From Macrostomum lignano (lineage: Eukaryota): DNA of 45,129 nt. The notes beneath the pieces were generated by a model. The model worked only from the letters and a program-made list of their open reading frames with translations. It did not search any database and was not told the DNA's origin. Where the stretch lies: assembly GCA_002269645.1 (NCBI GenBank), contig NIVC01000005.1, positions 1 through 45,129 of the forward strand. The letters run 5' to 3'. This document shows positions 21,408 through 32,943 of this stretch, in pieces. Position 1 is the first letter of the stretch; every line of letters begins with the position of its first letter. A program made the position numbers and the translations under genes.

Positions 21408-22178
21408 CTGAATGTGCGGCTGATTCTCAATGTGCGGCTGAGTCTCAATGTGCGGCTCAGTCTCAATGTGCGGCTGAGTCTCAATGTGCGGCTCAGTCTC
21501 AATGTGCGGCTCAGTCTCAATGTGCGACTCAGTCTCAATGTGCGGCTGAGTCTCAATGTGCGGCTCAGTCTCAATGTGCGGCTGAGTCTCAATGTGCGGC
21601 TCAGTCTCAATGTGCGGCTCAGTCTCAATGTGCGACTCAGTCTCAATGTGCGGCTGAGTCTCAATGTGCGGCTCAGTCTCAATGTGCGGCTGAGTCTCAA
21701 TGTGCGGCTCAGTCTCAATGTGCGACTCAGTCTCAATGTGCGGCTGAGTCTCAATGTGCGGCTCAGTCTCAATGTGCGACTCAGTCTCAATGTGCGGCTG
21801 AGTCTCAATGTGCGGCTCAGTCTCAATGTGCGGCTCAGTCTCAATGTGCGGCTGAGTCTCAATGTGCGGCTCAGTCTCAATGTGCAGCTGAGTCTCAATG
21901 TGCGGCTGAGTCTCAATGTGCAGCTGAGTCTCAATGTGCGGCTGAGTCTCAATGTGCGGCTCAGTCTCAATGTGCGACTCAGTCTCAATGTGCGGCTGAG
22001 TCTCAATGTGCGGCTCAGTCTCAATGTGCGGCTGAGTCTCAATGTGCGGCTCAGTCTCAATGTGCGGCTCAGTCTCAATGTGCAGCTGAGTCTCAATGTG
22101 CGGCTGTATGAGTCACAATGTGCGGCTGAGTCTCAATGTGCGGCTGATTCTCAATGTGCGGCTGAGTCTCAATGTGCG
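21408..22178. repeat. 18-bp minisatellite TCTCAATGTGCGGCT(G/C)AG, ~42 copies
   Basis: Direct periodicity. Confidence 0.97.
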
Positions 22179-23106
22179 ACCCCAGTCCAAGGACCCCAGT
22201 CCAAGGACCCCAGTCCAAGGACCCCAGTCCAAGGACCCAGTCCAAGGACCCCAGTCCAAGGACCCCAGTCCAAGGACCCCAGTCCAAGGACCCCAGTCCA
22301 AGGACCCCAGTCCAAGGACCCCAGTCCAAGGACCCCAGTCCAAGGACCCCAGTCCAAGGACCCCAGTCCAAGGACCCCAGTCCAAGGACCCCAGTCCAAG
22401 GACCCCAGTCCAAGGACCCCAGTCCAAGGACCCCAGTCCAAGGACCCCAGTCCAAGGACCCCAGTCCAAGGACCCCAGTCCAAGGACCCCAGTCCAAGGA
22501 CCCCAGTCCAAGGACCCCAGTCCAAGGACCCCAGTCCAAGGACCCCAGTCCAAGGACCCCAGTCCAAGGACCCCAGTCCAAGGACCCCAGTCCAAGGACC
22601 CCAGTCCAAGGACCCCAGTCCAAGGACCCCAGTCCAAGGACCCCAGTCCAAGGACCCCAGTCCAAGGACCCCAGTCCAAGGACCCCAGTCCAAGGACCCC
22701 AGTCCAAGGACCCCAGTCCAAGGACCCCAGTCCAAGGACCCCAGTCCAAGGACCCCAGTCCAAGGACCCCAGTCCAAGGACCCCAGTCCAAGGACCCCAG
22801 TCCAAGGACCCCAGTCCAAGGACCCCAGTCCAAGGACCCCAGTCCAAGGACCCCAGTCCAAGGACCCCAGTCCAAGGACCCCAGTCCAAGGACCCCAGTC
22901 CAAGGACCCCAGTCCAAGGACCCCAGTCCAAGGACCCCAGTCCAAGGACCCCAGTCCAAGGACCCCAGTCCAAGGACCCCAGTCCAAGGACCCCAGTCCA
23001 AGGACCCCAGTCCAAGGACCCCAGTCCAAGGACCCCAGTCCAAGGACCCCAGTCCAAGGACCCCAGTCCAAGGACCCCAGTCCAAGGACCCCAGTCCAAG
23101 GACCCC
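22179..23106. repeat. 14-bp minisatellite CCCCAGTCCAAGGA, ~66 copies
   Basis: Near-perfect periodicity. Confidence 0.97.
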
Positions 23107-23120
23107 TGGTCGCAGCTCAC

Positions 23121-23224
23121 CCCGACGGCCCCGCTGGCCGGCGCGCAGCAACGGTGGAACAGTCCGACTTGGAGATGCGCAACAGGTGTCGCCGCTTGCG
23201 CCACTCATCGTTCGGCGTTTCCAT
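23121..23224 (-). CDS. PDE4: Candidate PDE4 alternative first exon (METPNDEWRKRRHLLRISKS..AGPS)
   Basis: ATG, 104 nt (phase 2), |gtgagc donor. Confidence 0.5.
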
Positions 23225-23723
23225 GGCAACGGGGTGAGCCGCAGAGTTAAAAGAAATTCCTCTTGGATGATTATTTCTCTCTTAGCTGATGGCAGCAAGT
23301 CCAAGCCGCTGATGCCGGCAGTCGCTCTTATGGGGATTGCAGCCAGCCAGCCCCGAGTGATTCCCTCCGCGCTCTGAGCTCACATTTCGAGCCAATGACA
23401 GCTGAGGAGAGCCTCGGGATTAGCTTCGGGGGATTAGTTCCAGGAATTAGCAGGGGCAAAGGATTTTCGCGCAGCTTCTGCATGCCAAAAACTTTGAGTT
23501 TGGCTTCCCAGCTTGCATGAACTTTGAGACTCTGCTTTTGCGCACGAAAGCACCTGCTGCATGGCTCTGCTTGCGGAGATGCTGAGCCGAAAGTTCAGCT
23601 GGAAAATTGCAGAGGCAAAATCCAGAGGAAACTGTGTTCGCTGTTGGCCCAGCGATGAACTGCGGTCCCTATGATGTACTGCGGTCCCAATGATGTACTA
23701 CGGTCCCAATGATGGTCCCTATG

Positions 23724-24183
23724 ACCAGGACAGCACACAGGAGCCACACCAGGACAGCACACAGGAGCCACACCAGGACAGCACACAGGAGCCACACCAG
23801 GACAGCACACAGGAGCCACACCAGGACAGCACACAGGAGCCACACCAGGACAGCACACAGGAGCCACACCAGGACAGCACACAGGAGCCACACCAGGACA
23901 GCACACAGGAGCCACACCAGGACAGCACACAGGAGCCACACCAGGACAGCACACAGGAGCCACACCAGGACAGCACACAGGAGCCACACCAGGACAGCAC
24001 ACAGGAGCCACACCAGGACAGCACACAGGAGCCACACCAGGACAGCACACAGGAGCCACACCAGGACAGCACACAGGAGCCACACCAGGACAGCACACAG
24101 GAGCCACACCAGGACAGCACACAGGAGCCACACCAGGACAGCACACAGGAGCCACACCAGGACAGCACACAGGAGCCACACCA
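23724..24183. repeat. 24-bp minisatellite CACCAGGACAGCACACAGGAGCCA, ~19 copies
   Basis: Perfect periodicity. Confidence 0.97.
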
Positions 24184-24212
24184 GTCGCCAGTCAAGGCCA
24201 GAGAATTCTCAC

Positions 24213-24364
24213 CGCACGGACGCCCGGCCCCTCGGCAGGCTGACCGTCAGCGCCCGCATCGCCGCCAGACCGCCGGTTGCCAGCCGGGAGGAGGCGGCGA
24301 GTTTGCAGCCGCCAACGCCAACGCCGCCGCCGCCATTGTCAGAGTGGCGACGCAGCTGCAGCTG
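24213..24364 (-). CDS. PDE4: Candidate internal 5' exon (QLQLRRHSD..RGRASV), phase 0 to 2
   Basis: ggacag| and |gtgaga; open frame; links the 25661 exon to the 15018 acceptor. Confidence 0.55.
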
Positions 24365-24939
24365 CTGTCCATGGGCAATGCAGAAAAGCTTATTAAGGTT
24401 TTGATGATATTCTGTGCTGGCTACTAACGAAAAGTAGTGCAGTTAGCGCGGGGTTTTTTAAAGCAGTTTTAAATTTAATAGACAGTAAAGTATTATAACA
24501 GAATGGTTTACAATCCAGTTTTTACGATTTGAGGGCAATAAAATTCCTTCTCCCATAGACGCGCACACCCCTCATTTTTGGCGCGTGCTCAGTCGGATGC
24601 TCCTCCGTCTCTTTCTCTCCTTATCTTCATCAATAGGGAGGCTGGGAGCTCAGCTGAGTTATTCTTAGCACTCTGCAGTTGGCACAGGAAGGGGCGCTGA
24701 CGCAGTCTTTTCCTGCTGGCAGCGCTCCGGCTGATCAGGGTGGCTGATCGATGCCTCTGAGCTGCACAGAGGGACCCTGCAGGCTCACAAGCACACAAGT
24801 ACATCTGCTGCCAGAGCTGCAGATTCTGTCAAATTGGGGACAGAAATTAAGTAAAGCTCTTGATTGCCCAATCAGCTGCGCAAGATGAGCTCAGACTGAG
24901 TTGATGGAAGAAACTGGCTGAACCTTCCTGCGATGTTAG

Positions 24940-25655
24940 CCGTCACTATCAGCCGTGTCAGGTATCAGTGCGTGACACTATCAGCCGATTCAGATATCAG
25001 TGCCTGACACTATCAGCCGTGTCAGGTATCAGTGCCTGACACTATCAGCCGATTCAGATATCAGTGCCTGACACTATCAGCCGTGTCAGGTATCAGTGCC
25101 TGACACTATCAGCCGATTCAGATATCAGTGCCTGACACTATCAGCCGTGTCAGGTATCAGTGCCTGACACTATCAGCCGTTTCAGATATCAGTGCCTGAC
25201 ACTATCAGCCGTTTCAGATATCAGTGCCTGACACTATCAGCCGTTTCAGATATCAGTGCCTGACACTATCAGCCATGTCAGGTATCGGTGTCAGCTGACA
25301 CTATCAACCGTGTCAGATTTCAGTGTCTGACACTATCAGCCGTGTCAGATATCAGTGTCTGACACTATCAGCCGTGTCAGATATCAGTGCCTTACCCTGT
25401 CAGCCGTGTCAGTTATCGGTGCCTGACACTGTCAGCCGTGTCAGGTATCTTTGCCTGACACTATCAGCCGTGTCAGATATCAGTGCCTGACACTATCAGC
25501 CGTGTCAGATATCAGTGCCTGACGCTATCAGCCGTGTCAGATATCAGTGTCTGACACTATCAGCCGTGTCAGATATCAGTGCCTGACACTATCAGCCGTG
25601 TCAGGTATCAGTGCCTGACACTATCAGCCGTGTCAGGTATGAGTGTCTGACACTG
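24940..25655. repeat. 32-bp minisatellite with internal hairpin CTGACAC-TATCAGCC-GTGTCAG(A/G)TATCAGTGC, ~22 copies
   Basis: Direct periodicity; CTGACAC and GTGTCAG are reverse complements. Confidence 0.95.
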
Positions 25656-25660
25656 CTCAC

Positions 25661-25898
25661 CTGTCGCACACCGGTGCTGGTCCCTCGGTCGCAGACTGTC
25701 TTGAAGGCCACCAGAACCCGCCGGCGCTTGGCCGCTGCCGCCGGCCCCCTGGTGTACAGGCGACCCAGCTTGTCAGGCTCGTCGGAGGCTGCAGTCTCCG
25801 GTGCTTCATCAGCGACTATCGGGTGCTGGCGAGCCGGGCAGTCCGGGCCACATCCGGACGGAGGGTCGCCGCGGGATTCAATGAAGCTGGCAGAAATT
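25661..25898 (-). CDS. PDE4: Candidate internal 5' exon (ISASFIESRG..TGVRQ), phase 2 to 0
   Basis: catctttcag| and CAG|gtgagc; 79 open codons. Confidence 0.65.
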
Positions 25899-26182
25899 CT
25901 GAAAGATGCGGGTTGGTTGGGGCCGGAGCACCTGAGACGCAGCCTCGCAGGGCACAGGAAGCCTCATCTACAGCGAGGAAAATGTTGGCGGAAATTAAAA
26001 ATTCACAACGAGCTGCTGCTAGGAGCTGCAAATTGGGATCGAGGGACGAATCGAAGATTGAAAATCAGAGAGGGAAATTGGCATTCAAGGGGTTGCAGTT
26101 CCCATTTTCCCATTCAATCCTAAAAAACTTGAATCCAGCTCACGATTTGCTACCTGCATCAATCAGCGATACCAACGGAACA

Positions 26183-27175
26183 TAGACTAGCAATCCACAA
26201 CACAGGTTAGACTAGCAATCCATACTACAGGATAGACTAGCAATCCATACTACAGGATAGACTAGCAATCCATACTACAGGATAGACTAGCAATCCACAC
26301 CACAGGATAGACTAGCAATCCATACTACAGGATAGACTAGCAATCCATACTACAGGATAGACTAGCAATCCATACTACAGGATAGACTAGCAATCCATAC
26401 TACAGGATAGACTAGCAATCCATACTACAGGATAGACTAGCAATCCACACTACAGGATAGACTAGCAATCCACACCACAGGATAGACTAGCAATCCATAC
26501 TACAGGATAGACTAGCAATCCATACTACAGGATAGACTAGCAATCCATACTACAGGATAGACTAGCAATCCATACTACAGGATAGACTAGCAATCCATAC
26601 TACAGGATAGACTAGCAATCCATACTACAGGATAGACTAGCAATCCATACTACAGGATAGACTAGCAATCCATACTGCAGGATAGACTAGCAATCCATAC
26701 TACAGGATAGACTAGCAATCCATACTACAGGATAGACTAGCAATCCACACCACAGGATAGACTAGCAATCCATACTACAGGATAGACTAGCAATCCATAC
26801 TGCAGGATAGACTAGCAATCCATACTACAGGATAGACTAGCAATCCACACCACAGAATAGACTAGCAATCCACACCACAGGATAGACTAGCAATCCACAC
26901 CACAGGATAGACTAGCAATCCAAACCACAGGATAGACTAGCAATCCACACCACAGGATAGACTAGCAATCCATACTACAGGATAGACTAGCAATCCATAC
27001 TACAGGATAGACTAGCAATCCATACTACAGGATAGACTAGCAATCCATACTACAGGATAGACTAGCAATCCACACCACAGGATAGACTAGCAATCCACAC
27101 CACAGGATAGACTAGCAATCCATACTACAGGATAGACTAGCAATCCACACCACAGGATAGACTAGCAATCCATAC
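26183..27175. repeat. 25-bp minisatellite (minus: GTATGGATTGCTAGTCTATCCTGTA), ~40 copies
   Basis: Direct periodicity; the first unit starts at the intron GT. Confidence 0.97.
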
Positions 27176-27414
27176 TTGTCATCGGACTGCCGCAGCAGCC
27201 GCTCGGAGGCGCAGAGCAGTCTCACTGACGCGGATCTTTCGACATCCTCAACGCAATCGAGGCCGGAGCCTCCGCCGCTGTGTTCGTCCCCCTCGCTGCT
27301 GCTCCGGCCGCTGTCGGACTCCCCGTCGGCCCCGCAGCAGCAGCATCGCCGGGACAGGCAGCTGCCGCGGGTTCGGCGGCTTTGGCTGCGGCCGCGGTGC
27401 CCTCCCGATGGCAT
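27176..27414 (-). CDS. PDE4: Candidate 5' exon (MPSGGHRG..RLLRQSDD); 5' boundary uncertain
   Basis: GAC AA|gtatgg joins A of 25898 to give Lys in frame; the frame is open further upstream to ~27636. Confidence 0.55.
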
Positions 27415-27636
27415 CGAGGTAGAGAAGCCGGAGGGAGACTTGGGAGGCTGGCCAGGCTGCTGAGGCGACCAGCAGGCATTTAACCCGCTTGGAGAGGGCG
27501 CCCTGTCTGTTGCCGGGCCAATGGAGGCTGGGAAGCCGGGCAGGGGGTGATGGGGCAGAGGAAGGGGGTGAGGCTGCAGCAGAGACAGAGGCAGCCTGAG
27601 TGGCCTCTTCCTGTTAGTCGCCACGGAGTCGCTCAC

Positions 27637-27746
27637 ACAAAGTGCAGCTGCGCCAATTGCGAGCCGTCCTCCCGGCTTTCATTCTGGGCGGCCTCCAGCT
27701 TCTGCCCTTCGATCTCGGCAGAAGAGGGAAAGTGTTTTGTTGCCAT
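27637..27746 (-). CDS. PDE4: Candidate alternative first exon (MATKHFPS..AQLHF)
   Basis: ATG, 110 nt (phase 2), |gtgagc donor. Confidence 0.45.
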
Positions 27747-28059
27747 GGTAACCCCAGATTGTGCGAGCAGTGAAGCGGCTGAGAGACGGCTGGCTGCAGT
27801 TGATTTGCATGCAGAAATTTGAAAGGACACTTGAACCTGCGGCCTCTCACGTGCCTCCGGCTTTGATTTTTTAGCCAGCTGCGATTTTCCAAACCGGAGC
27901 GTGATTCAGTGTGTGTTGATGGTCCAGCTTATTAATTATATATTGGATTGCTAGTCTAATAGATTGCAAATCTGGGCAATCCTATTGCTTTGTCTGTTAT
28001 GTACATATTGCATAAATACTTATATAGCTAGATGTCCCAATTGTCTATAGACATCAGGT

Positions 28060-29050
28060 AACGGTCTATTGATATCAGACAACAGTGTATAGATATCGGA
28101 AAACAGTGTATAGATATCGGAAAACAGTATATATATATCAGAAAACAATCTATAGATATCAGAAAACAATCTATAGATATCAGAAAACAATCTATAGATA
28201 TCAGAAAACAATCTATAGATATCAGACAACAGTCTATAGATATCAGATAACAGCCTGTAGATATCAGACAACAGTCTATAAATATCAGAAAACAATCTAT
28301 AGATATAAGACAACAGTCTATAGATATCAGACAACAGTCCATAGATATCAGAAAACAATCTATAGATATCAGAAAACAATCTATAGATATCAGACAACAA
28401 TCTATAGATACCAGACAACGGTCTATAGATATCAGACAACAATCTATAGATATCAGACAACAATCTATAGATATCAGAAAACAATCTATAGATATCAGAA
28501 AACAATCTATAGATATCAGACAACAATCTATAGATACCAGACAACAATCTATAGATATCAGACAGCAGTCTATAGATATCAGATAACAGCCTATAGATAT
28601 CAGACAACAGTCTGTAGATATCAGACAACAATCTATAGATATCAGAAAACAATCAATAGATATCAGACAACGGTCTATAGATACACCAGACAACAGTATA
28701 TAGATATCAAACAGCAGTCTATAGATATCGGACAACAGTATATAGATATCAGACAACAGCCTATAGATATCAGACAGCAGTCTATAGATATCAGAAAACA
28801 ATCTATAGATAGCAGACAACAATCTATAGATATCAGACAACAGTATATAGATATCAGACAACAGCCTATAGATATCAGACAGCAGTCTATAGATATCGGA
28901 CAACAGTATATAGATATCAGACAACAGCCTATAGATATCAGACAGCAGTCTATAGATATCAGAAAACAATCTATAGATAGCAGACAACAATCTATAGATA
29001 TCAGACAACAGTCTACAGATATCAGACAGCAGTCTACAGATATCAGACAA
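28060..29050. repeat. 21-bp minisatellite CAATCTATAGATATCAGA(C/A)AA, ~47 copies
   Basis: Direct periodicity. Confidence 0.95.
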
Positions 29051-29123
29051 CGGCCCATAACGCAAACAGATGACACCTGTTGCGAGTGACTGCCGCAAGG
29101 CGGCCACATGAGACGACACTCAC

Positions 29124-29236
29124 CCGCCGTACGTGACCGAGCGGCAGCTGAACTGGCTGAGCCCCCTAGCAATTAGCGCTGCCGAGGCCTCAACAAAGCG
29201 AAGCTCCTGCGTGCAGGTGCGAGTCGAGAGGCTCAT
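29124..29236 (-). CDS. PDE4: Candidate most distal alternative first exon (MSLSTRTCTQELRF..SVTYG)
   Basis: ATG, 113 nt (phase 2), |gtgagt donor. Confidence 0.5.
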
Positions 29237-29544
29237 TAATTAAAGGAAGAACGGATATGGATGCGGAGACTCTGGCCTCTATCGGGATCGATCCCGTGCC
29301 CCAGTTTTGCCTCCCGGAGCCTCTTAAACTGTAAATATGAACTGAGCTAACCAAGCAAAAAGAGCAGCTGAGGCGCCAGTCGCAGAAAGCTGAGCATTTT
29401 AATGAAATGCACTTCGGCTGTCTTCTCTATTTGGTGCGGAAATGCAGGCCAGCCTCAGACTGACGGGATAAAGAAATCAAACTTCGGGCTCTTCTCATCA
29501 TTTCCTATTGAATGCTCAATCCCTTAGTGCTCTGATCCTGTATA

Positions 29545-30432
29545 CTGAGTGCTTTTCATCCCTTACTGAGTGCTTCCCCACCATTACTGAGTGCTTCCCC
29601 ACCATTACTGAGTGCTTCCCCACCCATTACTGAGTGCTTCCCCACCCATTACTGAGTGCTTCCCCATCCCTTACTGAGTGCTTTCCTACCTCTTACTGAG
29701 TGCTTCCCCACCCCTTACTGAGTGCTTCCCCACCCATTACTGAGTGCTTCCCCACCCCTTACTGAGTGCTTCCCCACCCATTACTGAGTGCTTCCCCACC
29801 ATTACTGAGTGCTTCCCCATCCCTTACTGAGTGCTTTCCTACCTCTTACTGAGTGCTTCCCAACCCCTTACTGAGTGCTTCCCCACCCCTTACTGAGTGC
29901 TTCCCCACCCCTTACTGAGTGCTTCCCCACCCATTACTGAGTGCTTCCCCACCCCTTACTGTGTGCTTCCCACCCCTTACTGCTGAGTGCTTCCCCACCC
30001 ATTACTGAGTGCTTCCCCACCCCTTACTGAGTGCTTCCCCACCCCTTACTGAGTGCTTCCCCACCCATTACTGAGTGCTTCCCCATCCCTTACTGAGTGC
30101 TTCCCCACCCCTTACTGAGTGCTTCCCCACCCATTACTGAGTGCTTCCCCACCCCTTACTGTGTGCTTCCCACCCCTTACTGCTGAGTGCTTCCCCACTC
30201 ATTACTGAGTGCTTCCCCACCCCTTACTGAGTGCTTCCCCACCCCTTACTGAGTGCTTCCCCACCCCTTACTGAGTGCTTCCCCACCCCTTACTGAGTGC
30301 TTCCCCACCCATTACTGAGTGCTTCCCCACCCATTACTGAGTGCTTCCCCACCCATTACTGAGTGCTTCCCCACCCATTACTGAGTGCTTCCCCACCCAT
30401 TACTGAGTGCTTCCCCACCCATTACTGAGTGC
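29545..30432. repeat. 22-bp minisatellite TTCCCCACCC(A/C)TTACTGAGTGC, ~40 copies
   Basis: Direct periodicity. Confidence 0.95.
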
Positions 30433-32943
30433 TAAGAAAATGACGCAGACTTCAGGAGGTGCGAAGTCACAGCAGGGGCGTGTGAAGGCTTTACTATTAA
30501 AAATTTATATTTGCATTTCAAACGAATCAGCTTTATTAAAGCATTACAATATTAGCTAAAATGGATTCATCGATCACAGTTGACACAAAGCATCTCGGGC
30601 CGCGCAGCAGCAGGCAAATCATATTATTGCTAAAGCCAATCTTGCGTGTGCGACTGTATAGAATGAATTTTAAATGTACGGCGAACACAAAGGGGATGCA
30701 AAAAACACTGAGGGTTGAACAGCAGCTTAGGGGGAAGTCACGGCTGGATGCGGGCTTTCATTGATTTCAGACTGAGAATTGAGGCGGAGCCCGTGTTGAT
30801 TTCGAGTCGCCGTTGTACTTTAGTAATGTCGAATGTAATGCTTATCTGATGCAGCATTGGTCTACAGTTTCACTAAAAGATAACTCAGCTATCATCAGTC
30901 TATAAAGTATCTTATTGAAACAACTTGGTCAGACTGGTGATGTCTACAGACAGTAAACCCCCAGATTATGTTAGACTTCAGGGAGACGTGAGCACGTGAA
31001 TTGTGACAGTCAAGTCAAGTCAGTCAAGTCATAGGTCGATTATTCGACCCATGGCGAATGCGTCTTCCAGCGCATTAATTCACTAATTTTTGACTAAACA
31101 ATTATAAAATATATAGGCTCGTATTGAATTCACATAACGATCGTGCAGGCCATCAAGGCCGTTTAAATATTGCACAGCAGATCATCGCGAAACTCTGGAC
31201 GACCGTTTACAAACGCAAGACCGAAACCCCCATGAGCAGAAAATAACGGCAGCAGCCCACTAAATTTGAATAGGCACGTTGGCGGAATACGTCGTAGGTT
31301 AGGGTGAGAACTAACGGCCAACGGAGAGAGCTGAGAACAGAGACAACGTACGAGCTACTATACAACTTGTAATAAAAATGACAAAGGAAAAAACGACAAA
31401 AGAGCACACTTATGTTTTCTCTCTCAGATTGTTTTCACGACGACGCGATTCCAGAACTATAGAATCATCCGAAAAGAACCAACTTCGGTATTATATTACT
31501 TTAAATTCATGTTTCAAGTCACTGCATATGTCTACACATGTGACATGTCGATGTTTCGCTATATCTTCTAGAAAGTTTTAATCAAGGACTATATTCTAGA
31601 CTATAGACTAGACTATAACAAAGTGCTCAGTAGTCTTTGGTTTCAATTCGTGAAATAGCAATTGTACAGATAGGCCTCTAAATTTAGGTTAAATGATTTG
31701 GTTAAGGTTAAATGACTTCCCAAAAATGATTTGACTCTGGAATCAGAATTGATAATAGAATCAAAATCACACCACCCTTCGCAAACACCATCCTTCAAAG
31801 CTCTCTATAGTTACCTGCAGCTTATGATGACTTTAAACATTTGAACATTGAACAAATGAAGCTCTGATTTCAAATAATATGGCTATCGTGTCCAGAGTAG
31901 CATCACTAGGGGGTGTGATATATAAATAAAACTATAAAAGCCATCCCATGTCCTATATTTTCTCCAGTCTAGGACAATGCAACATATTCTAAAAATAGAC
32001 ATTCTAGAAATTTCCAGCCAGAAAAGATGTCAGCTACGAGAGTACACTTCATAACCGTATGCGTACTATTTATCCACATATTTTTTGTCTGGTCTTTCTC
32101 TCTGTCAGTTCGATCCAGCCTAAAACAATATAATTTATAGATGTTTTGTTAAAATTTGTTGCGTGTTGATTCAATGGATCCGATCTAATTTCAAGAACAG
32201 AACGGAGTCTGAATATTGAATTCTCATCATTGTTATTCTCGACCGAAGAGAGTCGGTCGGTCTTTAAAATAAATAGACAATAGTATTACTCTAGTAGTGA
32301 TACTTATTGCCATTGGTATCGAAGTCCAATCCAGATAAGAAAAGCCTTTAGTATAGGTTAGGGATTCTAATATGACTGACTATGGCAATGGCAGCATTTT
32401 GTAATTATTATTATGCTAGGTTTTTTTATTTTCAATCCTAAAATTAAACTAATGGTAGGCCTACTGTTTTCCTATCAATGACTAGAAACATGCATGCAAG
32501 GTTTGTCCTTGCATAGGCCTACTACTCAGCAAGCCAATTAAAAGTTAGGAATAATCTAAAGTTAAACAACTTTATAGAATAGAAGCATCATTAAATATGT
32601 TTTGGCTATCCTGCAAGATCGTTCATTAAACTCACTGTATGCACATTTTTAGCTATATTGATTGACCTAAAACTTTCCAAAAAAGACAAAAATATAAAAA
32701 TATATTAGCTTTAAAATCAAAACACTTAAAGCATTAAACTATTTAGTGAAAACTAAAATACACCCCTAACATAACAAATCCTATTGAGAAAAAAATTATT
32801 GTTTCATTTTTTTTTGAAAATAATTAAATTGACAAAGTTGTCTTTAAAAAATTAAAAAAAGTATTTAGGAATATAAATTAAGCTAAAACATTTTTAAAAA
32901 TATTTAAGCCTAGCAAGTACAAAAAACTAAGTTGAATAAATAA

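Noticed and set aside
21323-24427. Long repetitive ORFs (AAESQC, PQSKDPSPRT, HQDSTQEP, Cys-rich VAPVCCPG)
   Set aside because: Translations of minisatellites open in several frames on both strands; no unique domains
24940-25655. CRISPR-like palindromic 32-bp repeats
   Set aside because: No unique spacers, no cas genes, eukaryotic intron context
28028-29119. Tyr/Ile/Cys-rich ORFs of 210-363 aa
   Set aside because: 21-bp array open in several frames on both strands
31008-31031. (CAAGT)n tract resembling a retroposon tail
   Set aside because: Too short; no recognisable element body upstream
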